DNA from: a virus
Lineage: Duplodnaviria > Caudoviricetes
Length of the DNA stretch: 62,877 bases
Strand: one strand, 5' to 3'
IMG/VR virus record: IMGVR_UViG_3300046167_000556
Span: 1-62,877 of that record
The notes beneath the pieces are model-generated. The model was not told the DNA's origin. It searched no databases and saw only the letters and a program-made list of their open reading frames with translations. The translations under genes were made by a program, and so were the position numbers. The first letter of the stretch is position 1. Each line of letters starts with the position of its first letter. This document shows, piece after piece, positions 54,299 through 62,877 of this stretch.

Positions 54299-54837
54299 GT
54301 TTAATTTTCCCAGCCGTTACCTAAATAAAGTAACGAATATGGAGCCTGATCTTGAAATATGATCGGAAGAGTAGACTCCGTCCTACACCAAAGTGTATAG
54401 CATCACCTAACTTTCAGCGATCTATTAGATTTTCTAGTGAAAATTACCGTTTATTTGATGTATAGCATTTACAAAGTCGACACGAACACCTTTTGATAAT
54501 ATATATGAATTAAAATACTAACAATAACTACTAAAAACTAACTAAATGATCGTTTTAAACCGAATAACCTAGGAGAGATATTACTACCGACTACTTAAAG
54601 TTGATGAAAGGTGAAATAACTAACGCTGAATTCGAAGAAATTGCAGGTATACCAAGGGATTTGGACCTAGAGAAGAGGTGAGTTACAACTACAACACTAT
54701 TCGATCGATGAAATAAAAGTACACCTATTTGAATTTACAAACTAAATACGATAGAGTATTGATAATAATAGTGTAACAAACAATAATTAATAACTAAGTT
54801 GACTATATACTATGTCCACTGTAAAATACCAATAAAT

Positions 54838-55613
54838 ATGGAGCAATACGAAGAATTACACCAAAAGTTGCAAGAAGGAACTATAACACCTAACGAACTT
54901 AAATTACTAAATCACTTAGCTTTCGGAACTCCCTTCATGAACTCTAACAACAAAGGAACTAAAGTAAAATACTATTAAAAATGGAAAATAACCTACTAAA
55001 CTATATTGATTTTACATCAATAACCGAAGATTTCGATCTAAAACACGGAGATATATCACCTTATCAAACCGTAAAACTAGAAGAATTGTTAAAACAATTT
55101 ATTGACCAAAATAGTGAAGGATTTATAAAATAACTATATATGAAAGAATTTTACGAATTTTCAAGTGAATTAGAGTATGAAGAGTATGCACAATTAATGT
55201 GGTTAATCAATAATAATAAAGTATAATATGGAACTATCAAACACGGAAACAAATGTACTATTGGTCGCGTTAGACCATATGGAAGAAGAAATACAAGACC
55301 TAATGCAAGAACGTGAACTACGCGGTGATATGTGGCAAGAACGGTTAAATGCGTGTGAATCTATAAGAACTAAAATTAAACAACTATGATGACAATGAAA
55401 GAAGCGTGCGAATACGTTAAAAACCAAAAAGTAGCGAATGCTATACGTCGTAACAATGTCGTTGCGATCAACGGATCTTGTAGTGGAGTAACGGAAAAAC
55501 AGTACAAAAGTATTAAGACCAAAGCAAAAGGTGCGGGGAGTCGCGGTAGAAAGCACTCACACACCGCTCTATGGAATCACTACAACGAACCAGTAAAACA
55601 ATTTACAAACTAA
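54838..55613 (+). CDS. Run of early microproteins (54838-54978, 54981-55133, 55228-55389, 55386-55613)
   Basis: Closely packed ATG ORFs after the motif at 54734. Confidence 0.6.
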
Positions 55614-55661
55614 ATACGATTACCGATCGATAATATATATGAACTTAAAATAATAAAAGAT

Positions 55662-56402
55662 ATGAAAGTATACTCAAATGACATCCCGACCATCAAGTAC
55701 CTAAAATCAAACGAAATTAAATTAGACGGTAGAAAATACAAAGGTTATAACGTCGGTGAATTACCATCTCGCTTCGCTTTTATCTACGACGACAACGAAG
55801 AACAAGACGGAATTACAGAGTGGTTCAACCACAAAGGATTAACTTATGTACCTAAAAACTAATGAATACTATGAAAACAAATGATAAATTAAATGCGGTA
55901 GAACATATATGGTATGCCGAATCCGATCGGTGGATCTACATCGAACGATATGCAAGTGGTTACTTAGGTTTAAACTTCATGCAAGGTGACGAGTACGAAC
56001 ACTTTAAAATTAAGTGGTGCGAGATCGATAGAGGTATGAGTGAATTCTATGACACTATGAAAAACGATCTTTTGAAATTAAGAGTTGAAATGAGTGAGTT
56101 AGAGTTTATCGACAAAGTAATGTGGATCTACTTCGAAGCTAAAGTAAAATATGACGAAAATAAATAATGAGATATATATACACTAAACGTAAATGGAAAA
56201 CAACATGGAAAATAAATTAGAAGAAATAGCACAAGGAGTGGCCGATGTCACACTAGAATTAATGGAAGATAGTGTTGATTGGCAACTAGCGGATTTCCCT
56301 CAAGACGGCGACGAATACGGTGCTATACACTCTAAAGTAATGCACCTTGCAATCAAGCAAATGTATTTACAAACTAAACACGATAGCGGATCGATAATAT
56401 AA
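55662..56402 (+). CDS. Three early hypothetical proteins (55662-55862, 55862-56167, 56193-56402)
   Basis: ORF track; cassette between two motif copies. Confidence 0.7.
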
Positions 56403-56522
56403 TTGAATAACGATAAGACTCAACAAGTTATAATCTACGAACCCAGCGGCACAGCGGTGGTAGTTAGTTATAAATGTGAGTAATAGGCGACAGATACGAT
56501 TAACGATCACGTAATAGCCGGC

Positions 56523-56634
56523 AACTAGGTATGGAGCGCTAGTGGTACAAGCACCTTTGAATACTCTTCAAAGCCAGAGACCCGAAGCAACACTACTGAC
56601 GAGTATGAGGGTTCGATTCCCTCGCTAGTTACTA
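56523..56634 (+). ncRNA. Atypical tRNA-like RNA
   Basis: Perfect T arm GAGGG-TTCGATT-CCCTC, acceptor AACTAG/CTAGTT, D-like arm GCT-AGTGGTACA-AGC and hairpin CTTTGAA/TTCAAAG, all in an ORF-free gap. Confidence 0.6.
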
Positions 56635-56651
56635 ATTTAAAATTAAATATT

Positions 56652-57335
56652 ATGAGTAAAATTAAAAAAGTAGATGAAGTTGTAGATTTTAGTGTGTTCA
56701 CTAAATTTACTAAAGACTTAGGATTGTTTCAAGTCAATGCAAGTGTATGGAGTATGGTGTCTCAAGATTGCACCAATAGTCACGACATATCCGACATTGA
56801 ATTAGATTTTTCAATAGACAATAAAAGATGCAAATACAACGGCTTTAAAGAGATCTATGAAAAACTATACGGTATAAACACTTTCAACCAATTTACAGCC
56901 GAATTAATGGCGGAATTTGAAAAAGCATATTTTAAACAAACAACCTATAAAACTAAATAATATGAGTAAGACTAAATTTAACGGATTCGAAAAGTATTTT
57001 ATCCAAACAGCGTTGAGACACGCTATTGAAGAAGCAGAAAAAGATGTGTTAGCTGCCGAAGCTGACGGTAAAAGATCTATATATGCACCGGGTTATTTTA
57101 CTATGGTGGGTAATGAGATCATTGACAAAGTAAATAGTATGACACTTAAAAAATACCAAGACTAATGAGAAACGAACTTAAACAAGTGTTAATGGAACGC
57201 GACGGTATGACCGGTATTGAGGCAGATCTAGAGATCAAAGATATACGATCTAGAGTGTATAAAGGCGAAGACGCTGAAACAATATTATTCGAAGAGTACC
57301 GATTAGAACCTGATTACTTATGGGATTTAATATAA
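56652..57335 (+). CDS. Three early hypothetical proteins (56652-56960, ~56962-57165, 57165-57335)
   Basis: Coupled ORFs. Confidence 0.7.
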
Positions 57336-57396
57336 TTTACAAACTAAATACGAACAACTATTGATAATATAATTGTAACAAACTAAATATAATAAT

Positions 57397-58554
57397 ATGA
57401 AAACATTACTAGAACGCCTTAAACCTGAAATTAAACTAAGATTAGAAGCAAACACCTCTCAGTACACTAGTACTGTTGATAATATCTTTAAAAACCTTTC
57501 ATCAAAAGTTTTTTATCAAGATCTAACTATGAGTGAAATAAGTACGCTATACACATTCTCTGACATAACGTTATTGAAAACGTCTATATGGGATCTAAAA
57601 CACGGCGATAACCTATTTATAACAGAGTATGATGACTAAACAAGATATACATAACCGAGCAAGTGATAAAGCTTTCGCTAAAATGTCTATGCTTACATTC
57701 GAAATAACTGACAACAAAACATCGTTAATGACCGGCAACTACGGCGGCGATATAACTGAAGAAGAAATGAGAATGATCTTAGATAGTAATAAAGTAGAGT
57801 TAAAAGTGTGGAATTACATTGCTGAATTAATAGAAAAAAATGAATAAAACTAAATATATAACAGACGAATTGATCAACGAACGTTTAGAAGCTAAAGGTT
57901 TCGGTGATAAACAAACAGAAGACGACGAGGTTGCTAGAACAAACGTATTAAACCATTATGGCGTTGAGCTAACTAGCGACTGGACTAGTAGAGCATCATA
58001 TTATATATATGAAGAAACTACTAAAGACGGTTACTCTGTGTATGTAGCTACCGACGACACTGACAACATAAGTGTATGTGAAGATATATACTACTATGAT
58101 AGTGATCTCGCTGATGTACTTGAAGAACAAATCAAGTATTCCAACGGTGATGAAGATTACCCTGAGATAATATATGTAGACGATCTTTACCAAGACTTTA
58201 TTGACGGAGCTATTGAGAATTTATTTATATATTTATCAGAAAAGTTTGAAGAAGAAATTATTGACGAATTAATAGATGAAGGTTATGAGCAACAAGACTA
58301 AAGAACAAACAGTACCTAAATGGTTTAAAGGTATGATCTACGATCAAGGTGAAGAAGTTACAAACCCTTTTAGCGGTCAATGCTATACACTTACCGGTAT
58401 CGAGTTGTCTATGTACGACTTTATTCTCGGATGCCAATACATAATGGAGGTCGCACCTAAAACAGTGACACCCAAGCAAGTAAACGACTTTAACAAAGCG
58501 TTAAGCTGGTTTCGTAAAAATAATACCGAAGCATATATGGTGCTACTCGATTAA
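57397..58554 (+). CDS. Four early hypothetical proteins (57397-57639, 57629-57847, 57840-58301 acidic, ~58285-58554)
   Basis: Overlapping ORFs between two motif copies. Confidence 0.7.
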
Positions 58555-58699
58555 TTTACAAACTAGACACGATCAATAACTGATAATATATTTGTATGAA
58601 CCCAATAAATTTAATGCTACTGGCTGTATTTGCTCTAACTTTTATAGGTCCTATATACCTAGACTGGCAAATGCGAAAAAAAGATAACGAAGAATAATT

Positions 58700-59305
58700 A
58701 TGAATTTACTAACACAAAACTCTAAACTTAAAAAAACATCAAAAGTACTCGGGCTTCGGGTCTTTAACTTTGGTATTCCTGCCTACAAATCGTCAAGTGG
58801 GAAACTAACGTGCCCAATGGCTGACGGATGCATAAAATTCTGTTATGCCAAGAAAGGAGCCTACATCTGGAGTAATGTAAAACCGGCGTTTGAAAACCGT
58901 TATGAACTTAGCAAGACAGATGACTTTGTCGATGCGATGAATAACGAAATACGTAAGAAGAAACCTGATTACGTGAGAGTCCACGATAGCGGAGATTATT
59001 ACTCTACTGCGTATCTAAAAAAGTGGATCAAGATTGCAAACGACAATCCCGACGTGCGGTTTTACAGTTACACCAATATGATCGATATGATGCTAAAAGC
59101 TTCATTGCCAAGTAATTATGATATAATATTTTCTGATTCAGGAAAGCAAAAACATTTAATAGATGAAAGAAAACACAGACACACCAAAATATTTTCTAGT
59201 CATAGCGATCTTATTTCTGCTGGCTATACTGACGCTTCATCTACTGATCTAATGGCTACTAGATGGTTTAATGATACAAATAAAGTAGGGTTAGTATTTC
59301 ACTAA
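58700..59305 (+). CDS. Gene product 88-like protein
   Basis: TCPMADGCIKFCYA, VRVHDSGDYY, FYSYT. Confidence 0.75.
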   Translation: MNLLTQNSKLKKTSKVLGLRVFNFGIPAYKSSSGKLTCPMADGCIKFCYAKKGAYIWSNVKPAFENRYELSKTDDFVDAMNNEIRKKKPDYVRVHDSGDYYSTAYLKKWIKIANDNPDVRFYSYTNMIDMMLKASLPSNYDIIFSDSGKQKHLIDERKHRHTKIFSSHSDLISAGYTDASSTDLMATRWFNDTNKVGLVFH

Positions 59306-59698
59306 AATAATAAATTATGCACAAAGAACCTTTAAAAATTACATTAGAGTTTTATAATAAAGAAATCTCTACACAAATAGATCATTCAGATTTAACTCTT
59401 GAAGAGCTCCATGAGTTATGGCTAGAAATAGTTAAAGCTATGGGTTACCACCATAAAACAATAAAAGAATTTTATGAGTAATAATTTAGTATTAAAACAA
59501 ATTAACAATAACGTAAATGATAAACGCAGTATGGAGAGAGAAGAATTAATAAAATTAATAATGGAACGTATCTACACTAGACGCATATACGCTGAGAAAT
59601 TAGCTGACGACATATTGCGTTTATCTAGTTTTAAGCACAGTAAATAATTTACAAACACGAACAATAAACGATAATATAATAAACAAAAACAAAAACTT

Positions 59699-59917
59699 AT
59701 GAACAACAATTTTAAAGCGATCTACCAATTCGACTCAAGTGCTATAGTTAACGCTGTGTACAATTACGAAACTCAAAAGTTAACAATTACTTTACCATCA
59801 GGTATATACAACTACGTAAGCGTACCCTATCATACGTTTAGCGGTTTGATTGAAGCTAGATCTAAAGGTAAATTCTTTAACAAATTTATTAAAAACAAAT
59901 TTAACTTCACAAACTAA
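59699..59917 (+). CDS. KTSC domain protein
   Basis: SSAI...Y...L.I...Y.Y..VP...ARSKGKFFNKFIK. Confidence 0.85.
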   Translation: MNNNFKAIYQFDSSAIVNAVYNYETQKLTITLPSGIYNYVSVPYHTFSGLIEARSKGKFFNKFIKNKFNFTN

Positions 59918-59918
59918 T

Positions 59919-60383
59919 ATGAATATATTTTATCTATCACACTGTCCTAAAAAAGCCGCACAAGTACAGTATAACAAGCATGTAGTCAAAATGATTCTTG
60001 AAACTGCACAATTGTTATGTACTGCGCATCACGAACTCGGTACGTCAATCGATATACCTTATAAAGCTACACATAAAAATCATCCGTCAGCTATATGGGT
60101 TAGATCATCTGCCGAAGCATATATGTGGGCATACGAACATATGTTAGCTCTAGGAGCTGAGTATACTAAACGTTATGGCAAAGAACATTTGACTATCGCT
60201 AAATGCCGTGAAGTGCTATACACTTTACCTAATGGTATATCTGACGATGCATTTGCTCAACCTCCTCAGTGTATGCCTGACGAATATAAAGCTGAATGTA
60301 GTGTTGATGCCTACTGGAATTATTATGAAAATGAAAAGCACACGGTGCGAAATAGTAACGAACAACTAATAACAAGATCATAA
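59919..60383 (+). CDS. Pyrimidine-dimer DNA glycosylase-like (DenV-like) protein
   Basis: MNIFYL...KHVVKMILETAQLL, HKNHPSAIWVR, EYTKRYGKEH, PPQCMPD. Confidence 0.75.
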   Translation: MNIFYLSHCPKKAAQVQYNKHVVKMILETAQLLCTAHHELGTSIDIPYKATHKNHPSAIWVRSSAEAYMWAYEHMLALGAEYTKRYGKEHLTIAKCREVLYTLPNGISDDAFAQPPQCMPDEYKAECSVDAYWNYYENEKHTVRNSNEQLITRS

Positions 60384-60662
60384 ATGACTGAAGATCAAAT
60401 AAATAAGTTAGCTGAGATCATAGCTGTAAAAGTTATGGATAAACTAGTAGCTAAGCAACAAGAGTGGGATAAACAATTCTACGAAGAATTTGAAGAGGTT
60501 AGAAATATTAAACCTAAGTTAAGCGATAAAGCAAAACTAGAAATGAAAATAAAAGAACTAAAAGCGTTACGAAATTCATATATAATGAATGAGAAGTATG
60601 AATTATTGTCTGACGTGGAAGCAGATCTAATTAAACTAGAAAAAGAATTATATAACCTGTAA
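60384..60662 (+). CDS. Coiled-coil protein with UVR-like C-terminus
   Basis: NEKYELLSDV...IKLEKE. Confidence 0.5.
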   Translation: MTEDQINKLAEIIAVKVMDKLVAKQQEWDKQFYEEFEEVRNIKPKLSDKAKLEMKIKELKALRNSYIMNEKYELLSDVEADLIKLEKELYNL

Positions 60663-60729
60663 AAAAAATATTTATTAAAAATAAATATATAGAAACCCGA
60701 AAACAAACAACTGAAGCATCGATTACGAA

Positions 60730-60780
60730 AGTGTGACGATAGCTTGTTAATTATTTAATAGTAAGAAGCTAATGTCGCAT
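60730..60780. repeat. Palindromic element, copy 3 (inverted), overlapping the ATG of the HTH gene
   Basis: AGTGTGACGATAGCTTG...AAGCTAATGTCGCAT. Confidence 0.8.
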
Positions 60781-61392
60781 TATACAAGAGATACATCTTA
60801 TTTAGAACGTCACAAAATAATATATAGACGAGATCCTACGACTGATAAACCCACAGATATATTTGAATGGGGTTATTATTACGAAGAGGGTACTCGACAA
60901 TGTTATGCATTGTTTAATTCTAAAGCTAAAATAAACACATATAGAGGACTTAAATGGCATTTGTATGTATTATGGTACTTGAATCCTCAAATGGATCAAG
61001 AAGGCTTTGAAGCACTGTCTAAATATATATGTAATAAGAAATGTGGTTTTGTTACTTTTAAAGTTTCAGAACAGTTATTACAGAGCATGATATACGACGT
61101 ATCTTTAATGGATTTGGAAACTCCACCTCCTAATAAGTTGCGTAAAGTAATATTCAAAGACTTTACCGGTCTTGAAATGCGACAAAAGCTTGCTATAGTA
61201 GGTACGTTAGTAGGAAGATCTAAAATATCTAATAGTGAAATTTACGATGCAATGATTTTGATTAATCACGCTGACGAAAAAATAACTATGACAAAGCTAT
61301 CAAACGTTTTAGGTTGTTCTACTAGAACTATATATAGAAATATGAGTAATGAACTTAAAAAAGAAAAAGAACTACTAAACCAACAATTATGA
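60772..61392 (+). CDS. C-terminal HTH DNA-binding protein
   Basis: ITMTKLSNVLGCSTRTIYRNM. Confidence 0.75.
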   Translation: MSHYTRDTSYLERHKIIYRRDPTTDKPTDIFEWGYYYEEGTRQCYALFNSKAKINTYRGLKWHLYVLWYLNPQMDQEGFEALSKYICNKKCGFVTFKVSEQLLQSMIYDVSLMDLETPPPNKLRKVIFKDFTGLEMRQKLAIVGTLVGRSKISNSEIYDAMILINHADEKITMTKLSNVLGCSTRTIYRNMSNELKKEKELLNQQL

Positions 61393-61485
61393 CACAAGAA
61401 TTCAACGAATGGATGGCGAAGATAGGTAATATACACTATGCTAATGACAATTTAATGGCAAAAGCATTTAATAGGATAGAAGAAC

Positions 61486-62247
61486 ATGAAAAAATATAAC
61501 ATACAAAACTATGTAAGATACAAAGCTGATGTTAAACAATCTATTGCTCGGCTTGAAGGTAAATTTTGGGACGAGTATACTAAAGAAGAACTAATTATAA
61601 AGTTTTTACCTTTAACAGAGAACATAGCTAGAAAGTTTTCAACTTCTGATCAAGCATCAGGAGTTTTAAGTATTAATGACTTAATACAAGAAGGTTCTAT
61701 AGGTTTAGTTAAAGCTATAGGTAAACTAGATATGAACAGAGTAATTGAATCTAACGATCCTGAGAAGACATTAAAATCATTCTTAGCTAAACGTATTAAA
61801 GGATCAATTAGACGCGCTATAGACATTAATAGAGGTAATATTCGTATACCCGAGTACAAGTTAAATGAGATAAGAAAAGACTTTGGTAAAGATAAAGCTT
61901 TAGTAGCTATGTTTTTTAATAGTATATTTTTGAGTATTGATATACCAGCTAATGAAGATGACGATAACTTTGCGTTTCAAATACCAGATGAATCTGAACC
62001 TTATAATATAGCGTTGATGAATGTTTACTTAACTAGCTTATGTAAAAAGTATTTAAGCGATAATGAATATGAAGTACTAAGGCTTAGCTATGGGCTTGAC
62101 TGCGAAAAACTACCAGGCAAAGAAATAGCTGAGGTATTAAATATGACTGGCCCTAGTGGTTATGTAAGAGTTTCAGAGCTTAAAAAGCAAGCTGTGAATA
62201 AATTAATCGACTCTGTTGACCACACGCAAGTGCTTGACTTCCTTTAG
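61486..62247 (+). CDS. Phage-encoded sigma70-family sigma factor
   Basis: Region 2 (LPLTENIARKF, DLIQEGSIGLVKAI, IKGSIRRAI), IRIP, region 3 LSID and region 4 HTH (VLRLSYGL...KEIAEVL...RVSELKKQAVNKL). Confidence 0.92.
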   Translation: MKKYNIQNYVRYKADVKQSIARLEGKFWDEYTKEELIIKFLPLTENIARKFSTSDQASGVLSINDLIQEGSIGLVKAIGKLDMNRVIESNDPEKTLKSFLAKRIKGSIRRAIDINRGNIRIPEYKLNEIRKDFGKDKALVAMFFNSIFLSIDIPANEDDDNFAFQIPDESEPYNIALMNVYLTSLCKKYLSDNEYEVLRLSYGLDCEKLPGKEIAEVLNMTGPSGYVRVSELKKQAVNKLIDSVDHTQVLDFL

Positions 62248-62266
62248 ATTAAAGTAAAAATAATTG

Positions 62267-62294
62267 TAAAACCCTGTTTGTATATGTAATTATA
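62267..62294 (+). promoter_or_regulatory. Class II promoter for recombination/replication operon
   Basis: TAAA-N15-GTAATTATA immediately after the sigma gene. Confidence 0.7.
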
Positions 62295-62320
62295 TATATA
62301 AGCGATTTAATTAAGAACGA

Positions 62321-62834
62321 ATGAACATAAACGAAAAATTAGCGACCATCCAAACGGAGTTCAAATCGAAAAAAAGTAGATTTAACTCATTCGGCAAGTA
62401 CAACTTCAGATCCGCCGAAGACATTCTTGAAGCAACAAAACCCTTTCTATTAAGGTTAGGAGTATCAGTAACAGTCAGTGAAGAATTAATTGACACAAGT
62501 GACTTTCCAATTATTAAGTCAACAGCTACAGTAACCGATGGCAAAGATGCTATACATGCTACAGCTATTGTCGGTGTAGACTTATTACAAAAAGGAATGC
62601 AAATGCCGCAAAAGTTCGGTAGTGCTTCTAGTTATGGAAAAAAGTATGCACTTGGAAATTTATTTCTAATAGATGACACTCAAGATGCCGATCACGGTAA
62701 AGCTGAAAAAGCTAAACCTAAATTAGAGGGTCAAGCGTCTAGACAAAGCTAAAGCTTTCCTAAAAGCAGGGGGAAGTTTAGATGCTATTAAAGGTAAATA
62801 TGAAATACCTGCTGCAACTTTAAAAACCTTATGA
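62321..62834 (+). CDS. ERF-family single-strand annealing protein (3' frameshift)
   Basis: FNSFGKYNFRSAEDILEA, GSASSYGKKYALGNLFLIDD. Confidence 0.85.
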
Positions 62835-62877
62835 CAAGTAAAGAAAAAAAAGAAATCTTAAAAAGATTAGAAAGTGA
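62831..62877 (+). CDS. 5' end of a gene (probably the exonuclease continued at base 2)
   Basis: MTSKEKKEILKRLES runs off the window; ATGA overlap with the ERF gene. Confidence 0.6.
   Translation, partial: MTSKEKKEILKRLES

Larger units (their letters stand above)
53126..59678 (+). promoter_or_regulatory. Array of 10 class I promoter-like motifs
   Basis: Consensus TTTACAAAST-RRA-YACGA-N9-GATAATA at 53126, 53384, 53818, 54468, 54734, 55602, 56366, 57336, 58555 and 59648 (5-nt-shorter variant). Confidence 0.85.

Noticed and set aside
56581-56610. Hammerhead ribozyme (CTGACGAG)
   Set aside because: No correctly placed GAAA or stems I-III could be built.
53126-59678. CRISPR array (36-bp repeats)
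   Set aside because: Spacing is 250-1200 bp and contains genes, repeat centres vary, and there are no cas genes.
824-62544. Short antisense or nested ORFs in the track (e.g. 1181-1492, 8019-8330, 40898-41299, 49729-50091)
   Set aside because: Shadow frames of well-supported genes.
7030-62834. Numerous frameshifts (oxygenase, giant protein, tail, capsid, scaffold, portal, groEL, ERF) read as programmed frameshifting or pseudogenes
   Set aside because: They hit essential genes indiscriminately, often at short homopolymers, and those examined are repaired by single-base changes. This is typical of long-read indel error.

Overview
Near-complete (~63 kb, circularly permuted, AT-rich) genome of a lytic podovirus-like tailed phage, most likely infecting marine Bacteroidota/Flavobacteria. 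The host call rests on A-rich start regions lacking Shine-Dalgarno sites and on a capsid, portal and GroEL/GroES set resembling Cellulophaga phi38:1-like phages; this is an inference. The + strand carries early genes (53.1-62.2 kb) and recombination, replication and nucleotide-metabolism genes (62.3 kb, wrapping to 9.7 kb). The - strand (52.7 to 9.8 kb) carries tail fibres, chaperonins, lysis, packaging, capsid, tail and ejection genes. The two arms meet at a bidirectional terminator. Many essential genes are broken by single-base indels, most likely long-read errors. The main candidate novelty is a two-tier sigma-factor cascade. (1) The ~3000-aa ejection protein carries an HExxH peptidase, an ADP-ribosyltransferase-like domain and a sigma70 region-2-like domain. 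(2) Eleven copies of a non-host 36-bp promoter-like motif head the early gene cassettes. (3) A separate phage sigma gene is accompanied by a second motif, TAAA-N15-GTAATTATA, found before the replication and late operons. Also seen: three copies of a ~50-bp palindrome, one overlapping the start of an HTH gene; an atypical tRNA-like RNA; and no DNA or RNA polymerase gene. All family calls are by eye from motifs; no searches were run.
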